DNA of 64,000 nucleotides from Alphaproteobacteria bacterium (GTDB taxonomy: Bacteria; Pseudomonadota; Alphaproteobacteria; UBA828): NCBI GenBank assembly GCA_963667785.2, contig CAXXMU010000006.1, forward strand, positions 224,001-288,000. Direction: 5' to 3'. Under the pieces are notes generated by a model. It was not told the DNA's origin, ran no database searches, and worked only from the letters and a program-made list of their open reading frames with translations. Below are positions 49,992 through 58,543 of the stretch, in pieces; the first letter of the stretch is position 1, and each line of letters opens with the position of its first letter. The position numbers and the translations under genes were made by a program.

Positions 49992-50671
49992 GGCATCGCT
50001 TCCTCGCCGGCTGCCGCCGCCGTCTCCATGAATCCCGCCAGCTCGCCGTAGCCGACATGGCGGTGGACGTAGCCGAGCCCCAGGCGCTCGGCCGCCACGC
50101 GGGCGCTCGCCTCGAGCGCTTCGTCGCGAACCTGCGAGATGTAGACGACGTTCGTGTAGTTGCCGAAGTAGTCGTCGCGCAGCTCCGGCCAGCGGTCTAG
50201 GCCTAAGCCCTCGATGATCAGGCGGTCGAAGTGGCGCACCATGTAATCGGTCAGGAAGAACTGGGTCGGGTCGTCGTCGGTGATGGCGGCAAACGCCTCC
50301 TGGCCGGTGTAGAAGGCGTAGCAGTGCGGCCCCTCGATGCGCCGCACCCCTTCCTCCTCGATCACTTGGTCGAGCAGGCCGCCCGTGCCGCAGTCGCCGT
50401 AGGCCACGAAGATCGCGCGGTAGCGGCGCCGGTTGGCGCGGATCTTCGCCCGCACCGCCTCGGGGATCAGGTGGGGCCGGTTGTGCAGCTTGGCCGGCAG
50501 GCAGGTGATGTCGAGATGGTCGAAGCCGTTGGCGGCGCGGAAGTCCACGATCTCGCGCGCCAGCGCGCCGCAGGCGATGACGAGCGCGCGCGCAGGGCCA
50601 GCGGAGGCGAACGCGGCCTCGTCGTCGACCGAGAGGTCGGTGTGCTCTGGCTTCGCAGTCACGGCCGTCAT
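49988..50671 (-). CDS. DUF1638 domain protein
   Basis: IACGALAREI, LPAKLHNRP, YGDCGTGG, GPHCYAF, FFLTDY, YFGNYT. Confidence 0.85.
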   Translation of the reverse strand: MTAVTAKPEHTDLSVDDEAAFASAGPARALVIACGALAREIVDFRAANGFDHLDITCLPAKLHNRPHLIPEAVRAKIRANRRRYRAIFVAYGDCGTGGLLDQVIEEEGVRRIEGPHCYAFYTGQEAFAAITDDDPTQFFLTDYMVRHFDRLIIEGLGLDRWPELRDDYFGNYTNVVYISQVRDEALEASARVAAERLGLGYVHRHVGYGELAGFMETAAAAGEEAMP

Positions 50672-50680
50672 GCGCCGGCC

Positions 50681-51391
50681 TCAGGCGGCTCCCGCTTCGT
50701 CGGCGCGCAGGTTGTGCCGGCGCTTCATCAGCTCCTTGGCCGTCTCCACCGTGATCGCGGCATCGGAGCAATAGGCGTCCGCGCCCACCGCCTTGGCGAA
50801 CTCCTCGTTCAGCGGCGCGCCGCCCACCATCACCATGTAGTCGTCGCGGATGCCCTTCTCCTTCATCGTGTCGATCACGACCTTCATGTAGGGCATGGTC
50901 GTGGTCAGCAGGGCCGACATGCCGAGGATGTCGGGCTCGTGCTCCTCCAGCGCGGCCAGGTAGTTCTCCACCGGGTTGTTGATGCCGAGATCGATCACCT
51001 CGAAGCCGGCGCCCTCCATCATCATCGTCACCAGGTTCTTGCCGATGTCGTGGATGTCGCCCTTGACGGTGCCGATCACCATCTTGCCGGCGCGCGGCGC
51101 TCCGGTCTCGGCCAGCAGGGGGCGGAGGATGAACATGCCGCCCTTCATGGCGTTGGCGGACTTCAGCACCTCAGGCACGAAGAGGATGCCGTCGCGAAAG
51201 TCGATGCCGACGATGCGCATGCCCTCAACCAGCGCCTCGGTCAGGATCCTGTAGGGCTCCCAGCCGCGCTCGAGCAGGATCCTCACGCCCTCCTCGATCT
51301 CCTCCTTGAGACCGTCGTAGAGGTCGTCGTGCATCTGCTCGACGAGGTCGGCGTCGTTCAGCTCGCTGAGAATGATCTCGTCGTCCGGCAT
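50681..51391 (-). CDS. Stand-alone cobalamin-binding (corrinoid) protein
   Basis: GTVKGDIHDIGKN (DxHxxG), SALLTTTM, VGGAP; N-terminal cap FVPEVL. Confidence 0.95.
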   Translation of the reverse strand: MPDDEIILSELNDADLVEQMHDDLYDGLKEEIEEGVRILLERGWEPYRILTEALVEGMRIVGIDFRDGILFVPEVLKSANAMKGGMFILRPLLAETGAPRAGKMVIGTVKGDIHDIGKNLVTMMMEGAGFEVIDLGINNPVENYLAALEEHEPDILGMSALLTTTMPYMKVVIDTMKEKGIRDDYMVMVGGAPLNEEFAKAVGADAYCSDAAITVETAKELMKRRHNLRADEAGAA

Positions 51392-51541
51392 GGGCCCTGT
51401 CCTGATCCGGGAAACGACTGCGCCGGGCATTCGGTGACGGCGCCGCGCGCCGCTAGCTGGAAGTCCTCTCGCGGACACGCGGCTCGGTGCCTGAACCCCG
51501 TCCCTTTTGAATCATATGGCGGCCGGCAGACTATTCCTCAC

Positions 51542-51568
51542 ACGACACCGCCTTGTTGCCCGGCGACA
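51542..51568 (-). promoter_or_regulatory. GATR (ArgR/GbdR-type) tandem operator upstream of the corrinoid operon
   Basis: Minus strand TGTCGC-CGGGCAAC-AA-GGCGG-TGTCGT, i.e. TGTCGC-N8-AA-N5 with a 21-bp period. Confidence 0.65.
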
Positions 51569-51612
51569 AAGCGCGAATTATCGGCCGCCCCCACCGCCCC
51601 GTTCCCTCTTCA

Positions 51613-51698
51613 CGTCATGGCCGGGCTTGTCCCGGCCATCCACGTTTCAATGTCGCACCTAGTCCGAATGGATGCCCGGACCAAGTCCGGGCATGACG
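51613..51698. repeat. CGTC-type REP doublet, copy 3
   Basis: CGTCATGGCCGGGCTTGTCCCGGCCATCCACG...TGGATGCCCGGACCAAGTCCGGGCATGACG. Confidence 0.9.
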
Positions 51699-51746
51699 AA
51701 GGGAGGGGGCACCGCGTCAACTCAGCCGAGCGCTTGAAACGGAACG

Positions 51747-52763
51747 CTAGAGGGGCGCCGGCCCCGGCAGGGCGACGTCGATCGAGCGATAGGGCGTCGA
51801 CCCGCTGGTCAGCCGCTTGGTCTCGCGCGGCGCGTGCCCGAAGTGCTGGCGATAGGACTTCGAGAAGTGCGAGGCCGAGACGAAGCCCGTGGCCAGCGCG
51901 ACGTTCGTCACCGACATGCAGGTCTGCTGCAGCAGGGCGCGCGCCCGGTTCAGCCGCATGTCCAGGTAATAGCGGCTGGGCGTGCAGTTCAGGTATTTCA
52001 GGAAGAGCCTCTCGATCTGGCGGGTGGAGAGGCCTACCTCACGGGCGAGCTCCGCCTGGCTCAGCGGCGTCTCGATGTGCTCCGACATCAGGTTGATGCT
52101 GGCGAGCAGCCTGGGTTGGCTGACCGCGAGGCGAAGGCGCAGCGCCATCCTCTGGTGGTCGTCCTCGCCCCTGATCCGCTCGCACACGAGCCCCTCCGAG
52201 ACCGCCGCGGCGAGCTCGTAGCCGTGGTCGCGGCTGATGAAGCTCAGCATCATGTCCGAGGCCGCCATGCCGCCGGCGCAGGTGTAGCGGTTGCGGTCGA
52301 TGACGAAGATGTCCTCGCTCACGTCGATCTCGGGGAAGTCCTCGACGAAGCCCGGCAGGTTCTCCCAGTGGATGGTGCAGCGATAGCCGTCGAGCAGTCC
52401 AAGACGGGCCAGGACGTGGCTGCCGGTGCAGAGCGCGCCGATATTGGTGCCGCGCCGCTCGATCTGGCGCAGCCAGATGGCGAGCCGCGCGTCCTCGAAT
52501 AGGTGGGTCTCGATGCCGCCGCAGAGGAAGACGGTAGAGAGCCGCGCGGCGGCGTCCCCCATCGCGAGGTCGGCCGCGACGCTGAGGCCGGCCGACGAGG
52601 CCACGGCGTCGCCGTCCATGGAGACGGTGCGCCACTCATAGAGTGTGCGGCCGCTGACGTAGTTCGCGAGCCGCAGCGGCTCGATCGCGCTCGAGAGCGC
52701 GCCGAGCGAGAACTTCGGGACCATCAGGAAGCCGAACTGGGAGCCGGGGTCGGTGGTCTGCAT
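51747..52763 (-). CDS. GlxA/GATR family AraC-type regulator (GbdR-like)
   Basis: AIEPLRLAN, LCTGS, TIHWEN, TCAGG, AraC HTH (STRQIERLF, GFVSASHFSKSY). Confidence 0.92.
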   Translation of the reverse strand: MQTTDPGSQFGFLMVPKFSLGALSSAIEPLRLANYVSGRTLYEWRTVSMDGDAVASSAGLSVAADLAMGDAAARLSTVFLCGGIETHLFEDARLAIWLRQIERRGTNIGALCTGSHVLARLGLLDGYRCTIHWENLPGFVEDFPEIDVSEDIFVIDRNRYTCAGGMAASDMMLSFISRDHGYELAAAVSEGLVCERIRGEDDHQRMALRLRLAVSQPRLLASINLMSEHIETPLSQAELAREVGLSTRQIERLFLKYLNCTPSRYYLDMRLNRARALLQQTCMSVTNVALATGFVSASHFSKSYRQHFGHAPRETKRLTSGSTPYRSIDVALPGPAPL

Positions 52764-52937
52764 GGCATCGCCGCCGGTGAGGCGCCTCCCTGCGGCGTCG
52801 CTTGGCACACGAACGCCGCTCGTGCGTGACCTCTGTTCAAATTACGACACCGAGCGGCGGATAGGGCAACAGGATTCTCGCGCCGCGCCGTTCCTCGGCG
52901 ACCGGCGCGCGGAAGGCGCCCGGAGTGGGCGGAGAGG

Positions 52938-53936
52938 TCAGGCGTTGACGTCGACCACCACGCGGCCGCGCACGCCGCCCGCGAGGATCTCCTCGCCCTG
53001 CTCCACCACCTCGGCGAGCGGGATGACCTCGGTCATCGCCGCGAGGGCCGAGCCCGGCAGGTCGCGGGCGAGCCGCTGCCACGCTTCCCGGCGCGGCGCG
53101 GGCGGGCACATGACCGAATCGATGCCGAGCAGGCTCACGCCGCGCAGGATGAACGGCATGACCGTGGTCTTCAGCCCCGCGCCGCCGGCGAGCCCGCAGG
53201 CCGCGACCGCGCCGCCGTAGCGCGCCTCGGCGAGCACGTGGGCCAGCATCGCGCCGCCCACCGTGTCGACGGCACCGGCCCAGTGCTCGGAGAGCAGCGG
53301 CTTCTCCGGCGCCTCGGCGCGGGCGCCGCGGGGCAGCACCTCGTGCGCACCGAGACCGGTAAGGTAGTCGCGGCACTCGTCGGCGCGGCCGGTGATGGCG
53401 ACGGCCTCGTGGCCGAGGCGGGCAAGAAGCGCGACGGCGACGCTGCCGACGCCACCGGCGGCACCGGTGACGGCGACGGGGCCCGCGCCCGCGGCAACGC
53501 CCGCCCGCTCGAGCGCGATGACGCAGAGCATGGCGGTGAAGCCTGCCGTGCCGATGGCCGCCGCCCACTTGGTGTCGCAGGCCTCGGGCAGCGGCTCCAG
53601 CCACTTGGCCGGCACCCGCGCCCGCTGCGCGAGCCCGCCGGGGTGCCGCTCGCCGACGCCCCAGCCGGTGAGCACCACGGCCTGCCCCGGCGCGAAGTCG
53701 GGCGACTCGCTGCTCTCGACCGTACCGGCGAAGTCGATGCCGGCTGTCATCGGCGGCCGCCTGATGATCGGCGCGCGCCCGGTGAGGGCCAGGCCGTCCT
53801 TGTAGTTGAGGCAGGAATAGTCGATCCGCACCGTGACCTCGCCGTCCGGCAGGTCGGCCTCCGTCAGGGTCCTGATCCCGGCGACGGTCTCACCGTCCTG
53901 CCGATCGACGACAAGGGCTCTGTAGCTGTCTGACAT
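52938..53936 (-). CDS. acuI: Acryloyl-CoA reductase AcuI / YhdH-type MDR oxidoreductase
   Basis: LNYKDGLA, GIDFAG, GWGVGE, GTAGFTAML, GAAGGVGS, MPFILRGV.LLGIDS. Confidence 0.85.
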   Translation of the reverse strand: MSDSYRALVVDRQDGETVAGIRTLTEADLPDGEVTVRIDYSCLNYKDGLALTGRAPIIRRPPMTAGIDFAGTVESSESPDFAPGQAVVLTGWGVGERHPGGLAQRARVPAKWLEPLPEACDTKWAAAIGTAGFTAMLCVIALERAGVAAGAGPVAVTGAAGGVGSVAVALLARLGHEAVAITGRADECRDYLTGLGAHEVLPRGARAEAPEKPLLSEHWAGAVDTVGGAMLAHVLAEARYGGAVAACGLAGGAGLKTTVMPFILRGVSLLGIDSVMCPPAPRREAWQRLARDLPGSALAAMTEVIPLAEVVEQGEEILAGGVRGRVVVDVNA

Positions 53937-54022
53937 CGTGCGCTCCCACCCCACGTTACCTAGCGCCGTCTCAATATCCGCCCGAGCGGGGTCAGGCAAC
54001 CGTGGCGGACGCCCCGCCCGTC

Positions 54023-54050
54023 TTGACAGGCGAAGCGCCGCGGCTAGAGT
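54023..54050 (+). promoter_or_regulatory. Sigma70-type promoter of thrS
   Basis: TTGACA-N16-TAGAGT. Confidence 0.6.
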
Positions 54051-54091
54051 GCCGCGACTTTCGGGCAAACTGAGGATTCGACGCCGCCGCA

Positions 54092-56032
54092 ATGCCGACA
54101 CTTTCGTTGCCGGACGGCGCGGCGCGCTCGTTCGATGCCCCCGTCACCGGCGCCGACCTCGCGGCAGCGATCGGGCCCGGACTCGCCAAGGCGGCCCTCC
54201 TTGTCGAGGTCGACGGCGAGCTGCGCGATCTCTCCCGCCCCATCGAGGAGGACGCGGCGGTACGCGTGATCACCGCGCGCGATACGGACGCGCTCGAGGT
54301 CATCCGCCACGACGCCGCCCACCTGCTGGCGGAGGCGGTCAAGGAGCTCTACCCCGACGTCCAGGTGACCATCGGCCCGGCCATCGAGGACGGCTTCTAC
54401 TACGACTTCGCCCGCGACGAGCCCTTCACGCCCGCCGACCTCGAGCGGATCGAGGCGCGCATGGCCGAGATCAGGGCGCGCGACGAGACCGTGGCCCGCG
54501 AGGAATGGGCGCGCGATGACGCGGTGAAGATGTTCGAGGGCATGGGCGAGCACTACAAGGCGGAGCTGATCGCCGCGATCCCCGACGGCGAGCCCATCAC
54601 CCTCTACCGCCAGGGTGGCTTCGTCGATCTTTGCCGCGGCCCCCACCTGCCGTCGACCGGCAGGGTGGGCGCCTTCAAGCTCCTCAAGGTCGCCGGCGCC
54701 TACTGGCGGGGCGATGCCCGCAACGAGATGCTGCAGCGCATCTACGGCACGGCCTGGCCCGACGACAAGCAGCTCAAGGCCTACCTGCACCGCCTGGAGG
54801 AGGCCGAGAAGCGCGACCACCGGCGGCTCGGACGCGAGATGGGCCTCTTCCACTTCCAGGAGGAGGCGCCAGGCGCCGCCTTCTGGCATCCCAAGGGCTG
54901 GACGCTCTTCCGCACGCTCGTCGACTACATGCGGATTCGGCAGGACCGTGCCGGCTACCAGGAGGTGAGCACACCCGACATGATGGACAGCGTGCTCTGG
55001 GAGGCCTCCGGCCACTGGCAGACCTTCCGCGAGCACATGTTCACCTCGCAGACCGAGGACGGCCGGCACTACGCGGTCAAGCCGATGAACTGCCCCGGCC
55101 ACGTGCAGGTCTACAAGCGCGGCATCAAGAGCTACCGCGACCTGCCGCTGCGCATCTCGGAGTTCGGCAAGGTCCACCGCTACGAGCCGTCGGGCGCGCT
55201 GCACGGCCTGCTCAGGGTGCGCGCCTTCAGCCAGGACGACGCCCACATCTTCTGCACGCCGGAGCAGACCGAGGCGGAGTGCCGGGGCGTCACCGAGCTC
55301 TGCCTCGACATCTACCGCGACTTCGGCTTCGAGGACGTGCAGATCAAGTTCGCCGACCGGCCGCCCAAGCGGATCGGCGCCGACGAGGTGTGGGACCAAC
55401 TCGAGGCGGCGCTCATGGGCGCGCTGGAGAGCATGGGGATCGACTACAGCCACAACCCCGGCGAGGGCGCGTTTTACGGGCCGAAGCTCGAGTTCGTGCT
55501 GCGCGACGCCATCGGCCGCGAATGGCAGTGCGGCACGCTCCAGGTCGATCTCAACCTGCCTGAGCGCCTCGACGCCACCTATGTCGGCGAGGACGGCCAG
55601 CGGCACCGGCCGGTGATGCTGCACCGGGCGCTGTTCGGCTCGCTCGAGCGCTTCATCGGCATCCTGCTGGAGCACTACGGCGGCCACCTGCCGCTCTGGC
55701 TGTCGCCGACCCATGCCGTGGTGGCGACCATCACGGACCAGTGCGCCGACTATGCGCAGGCCGTGGCCGCGCGGCTCGGCGATGCCGGGCTTCGCGTCGA
55801 CGCCGACCTGCGCAACGAGAAGATCGGCTACAAGGTGCGCGAGCACAGCGCGGCCAAGGTCCCGCTCATCCTCGCCGTGGGCGCGCGCGAGGCCGAGGCC
55901 GGCACCGTCTCGGTGCGCCGGCTCGGCTCCAGGGATCAAGAAAATCTTGCGCTCGACGAGGCCGTCGCTAGGATTCGCCGGGAGGCGGCCGGCCCGCTCG
56001 GCGGTACGGCCGTGCAGGAGGGCACGGGCTGA
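54092..56032 (+). CDS. thrS: Threonine--tRNA ligase
   Basis: [42 protein letters not shown]. Confidence 0.99.
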   Translation: MPTLSLPDGAARSFDAPVTGADLAAAIGPGLAKAALLVEVDGELRDLSRPIEEDAAVRVITARDTDALEVIRHDAAHLLAEAVKELYPDVQVTIGPAIEDGFYYDFARDEPFTPADLERIEARMAEIRARDETVAREEWARDDAVKMFEGMGEHYKAELIAAIPDGEPITLYRQGGFVDLCRGPHLPSTGRVGAFKLLKVAGAYWRGDARNEMLQRIYGTAWPDDKQLKAYLHRLEEAEKRDHRRLGREMGLFHFQEEAPGAAFWHPKGWTLFRTLVDYMRIRQDRAGYQEVSTPDMMDSVLWEASGHWQTFREHMFTSQTEDGRHYAVKPMNCPGHVQVYKRGIKSYRDLPLRISEFGKVHRYEPSGALHGLLRVRAFSQDDAHIFCTPEQTEAECRGVTELCLDIYRDFGFEDVQIKFADRPPKRIGADEVWDQLEAALMGALESMGIDYSHNPGEGAFYGPKLEFVLRDAIGREWQCGTLQVDLNLPERLDATYVGEDGQRHRPVMLHRALFGSLERFIGILLEHYGGHLPLWLSPTHAVVATITDQCADYAQAVAARLGDAGLRVDADLRNEKIGYKVREHSAAKVPLILAVGAREAEAGTVSVRRLGSRDQENLALDEAVARIRREAAGPLGGTAVQEGTG

Positions 56033-56099
56033 TGCAGCGTCCCAGCGCCCGTGCGGCTGCCGGCAGCCGGGGACGCACCACGACGAAGGGAGCCAGGGG

Positions 56100-56636
56100 A
56101 TAGCGAGACATCCGGTCGCGGCACCGCCGACGCGCGAAGGACCACGCGTCAACGATGACATTCTGGCGGCAAGTGTCCGCCTGATCGATCAGAACGGAGG
56201 GCAGGTCGGCGTCGTCGCCGTGGAACGTGCCCTGGAGCTCGCCGACGAGGTCGGCCTCGACCTGGTCGAGGTGGCGCCGGAGGCGGAGCCGCCGGTCTGC
56301 AAGCTGCTCGACTTCGGCAAGTACAAGTACGAGGCCCAGAAGAAGGCCAGCGAAGCCCGCAAGAAGCAGAAGACCATCGATATCAAGGAGGTCAAGTTCC
56401 GGCCCGGTATCGATGAGGCCGACTACGAGGTGAAGCTGCGCAACATCCGCCGCTTCCTCGACGTGGGCGACAAGGTCAAGGTGACCATGCGCTTTCGCGG
56501 GCGCGAGATGGTCCACCAGGACATCGGCATGAACGTGCTCATGCGCGTGCGCGACGACCTCGGCGAGCTGGCGAAGATCGAGCAGCTGCCGAAGATGGAG
56601 GGCCGCCAGATGACCATGGTGATGGCCCGCAGGTAG
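56100..56636 (+). CDS. infC: Translation initiation factor IF-3 (non-canonical ATA start)
   Basis: [29 protein letters not shown]. In-frame ATA lies 7 nt after AAGGGAG. Confidence 0.95.
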   Translation: MARHPVAAPPTREGPRVNDDILAASVRLIDQNGGQVGVVAVERALELADEVGLDLVEVAPEAEPPVCKLLDFGKYKYEAQKKASEARKKQKTIDIKEVKFRPGIDEADYEVKLRNIRRFLDVGDKVKVTMRFRGREMVHQDIGMNVLMRVRDDLGELAKIEQLPKMEGRQMTMVMARR

Positions 56637-56840
56637 CCTGCCCCGCGCGCCCCTTCGTCCCGCGCCGGTGGGATGACGGCGGCGGGGTTCCATCGAGATG
56701 GCGGGAGAGGGAGCGAGCGCCGCCGGCGCCGCGGTCGCGCTTTCCGCTTCGGCTCTTGAATCCGGCCGACACACCGAGTACAAGGGCGCGCGCCCGGCGC
56801 CCCTCATCCTTCGATAAGCGACGAGAAACGCGAGACGCCC

Positions 56841-57038
56841 ATGTCCAAGCTCAAGACCAAGAGCAGCGCCAAGAAGCGCTTCTCCGCCACGGGGCGCGGC
56901 AAGCTTCGCCGGCGCGCGGCCTTTCACAGCCATAATCTGACCAAGCGCGCCAAGAAGGTGAAGCGCAACCAGCGCACCTCGCGGGCGCTCTCGGCGGCGG
57001 ACGCGGCGATCGTGCGGCCCTTCCTGCCCTATCTCTGA
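56841..57038 (+). CDS. rpmI: 50S ribosomal protein L35
   Basis: [18 protein letters not shown]. Confidence 0.97.
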   Translation: MSKLKTKSSAKKRFSATGRGKLRRRAAFHSHNLTKRAKKVKRNQRTSRALSAADAAIVRPFLPYL

Positions 57039-57057
57039 GCGCGTCGGAGGAACTCCC

Positions 57058-57423
57058 ATGGCACGGGTAAAGCGGGGCGTGACCACCCACGCCCGGCACA
57101 AGAAGGTGCTGAAGATGGCCCGCGGCTATCGCGGGCGGGGCAACTCCAGCTACCGCGTGGCGCTGGGGCGGGTCGAGAAGGCGCTGCAATACGCCTATCG
57201 CGACCGCCGCACCCGCAAGCGCCGGTTCCGGGCGCTGTGGATCCAGCGCATCAACGCCGCCGCCCGCGAGCACGGGCTCACCTACTCGCAGCTCATGCAC
57301 GGGCTGGCGCTGGCAGAAGTGGAGGTGGACCGCAAGGTGCTCGCCGACCTCGCCGTGCGCGAGCCGGCGGCGTTCGCGGCCGTCGTCGAGCAGGCGCGGA
57401 GCGCCCACGGCCAGACCGGCTGA
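57058..57423 (+). CDS. rplT: 50S ribosomal protein L20
   Basis: [24 protein letters not shown]. Confidence 0.99.
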   Translation: MARVKRGVTTHARHKKVLKMARGYRGRGNSSYRVALGRVEKALQYAYRDRRTRKRRFRALWIQRINAAAREHGLTYSQLMHGLALAEVEVDRKVLADLAVREPAAFAAVVEQARSAHGQTG

Positions 57424-57466
57424 CCGGCCGCCGCGGCGGCGGGACACGGCCGTCGGAGAAGGCTCC

Positions 57467-58543
57467 TTGGAAGACCTCCACGCCCTGGAAGAGCGGATGC
57501 TGGCGCAGATCGCCGACGCCGGCGACCTGCCCGCGCTGGAGCAGGCCCGCGTCGCCGCGCTCGGCAAGCGCTCGCCGCTGACCCAGGCGATGAAGGGGCT
57601 GGGCGGCCTCGACGTCGATGCCCGCAAGGAGGCCGGGGTCCGGCTCAACAAGATCAAGCGCAGGCTCGGCGACGCCGTCGAGGCGCGACGCGAGGCGCTG
57701 GAGCGCGCCGCGCTGGACGAGCGGCTCGCGACCGAGCGGGTCGACGTCACCCTGCCGCCCCGGCCCGAGGGCGAGGGCGCCGTTCATCCCGTCGGCCAGG
57801 TGCTGGACGAGCTGATCGCGATCCTCGCCGACATGGGCTTCCGCGTCGCCGACGGGCCGGACATCGAGGACGATTTCCACAACTTCACCGCGCTCAACAT
57901 CCCGCCGGAGCATCCGGCGCGGCAGATGCACGATACCTTCTACTTCCGCGCCGACGAGGCGGGCGAACGCATGCTGCTCCGCACCCATACCTCGCCGGTC
58001 CAGATCCGCCACATGCAGGCCGAGCCGCCGCCGCATCGGATCATCGCGCCGGGCCGCACCTACCGCTGCGACTACGACATGACCCACACCCCGATGTTCC
58101 ATCAGATCGAGGGGCTGGTGATCGACGAGAGCACCCACATGGGCCATCTCAAGGGCTGCCTGATCGACCTGGCGCGCGCCTTCTTCGAGGTGGACGACCT
58201 GCCGGTGCGCTTCCGCCCGAGCTACTTCCCCTTCACCGAGCCGTCCGCCGAGATGGACATCGGCTGCTCGCGCGAAGGCGGGGGCTTGCGGATCGGCCAT
58301 GGCGCCGACTGGATGGAGATCCTGGGCTGCGGCATGGTGCACCCGAAGGTGCTGGAGATCGTCGGCCTCGATCCCGCGCGCTACCAGGGCTTCGCCTTCG
58401 GCATCGGCGTCGAGCGGCCGGCGATGCTGAAGTACGGCATTCCCGACCTGCGCAGCTTCTTCGACGCCGACCTGCGCTGGCTGCGCCACTACGGCTTCGC
58501 GCCGTTCGACGTGCCCAGCCTGGCCGCGGGGCTGAGCGCGTGA
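57467..58543 (+). CDS. pheS: Phenylalanine--tRNA ligase alpha subunit
   Basis: [28 protein letters not shown]; TTG start. Confidence 0.98.
   Translation: MEDLHALEERMLAQIADAGDLPALEQARVAALGKRSPLTQAMKGLGGLDVDARKEAGVRLNKIKRRLGDAVEARREALERAALDERLATERVDVTLPPRPEGEGAVHPVGQVLDELIAILADMGFRVADGPDIEDDFHNFTALNIPPEHPARQMHDTFYFRADEAGERMLLRTHTSPVQIRHMQAEPPPHRIIAPGRTYRCDYDMTHTPMFHQIEGLVIDESTHMGHLKGCLIDLARAFFEVDDLPVRFRPSYFPFTEPSAEMDIGCSREGGGLRIGHGADWMEILGCGMVHPKVLEIVGLDPARYQGFAFGIGVERPAMLKYGIPDLRSFFDADLRWLRHYGFAPFDVPSLAAGLSA

Noticed and set aside
49050-50771. 573-aa DUF1638-pterin fusion suggested by the ORF track; 'dihydropteroate synthase' label
   Set aside because: DUF1638 is in another frame and overlaps by ATGA, so the true start is 49991. 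Motifs and context match a methyl-THF:corrinoid methyltransferase, not FolP.
51392-51612. Cobalamin riboswitch upstream of the corrinoid operon
   Set aside because: No B12-box or GGGAA..GCCCCCGC-ACTGT core found on either strand.
56637-56840. REP remnant or L20 leader between infC and rpmI
   Set aside because: Only a weak GCGGGAGAGGG half-site; cannot be supported by eye.
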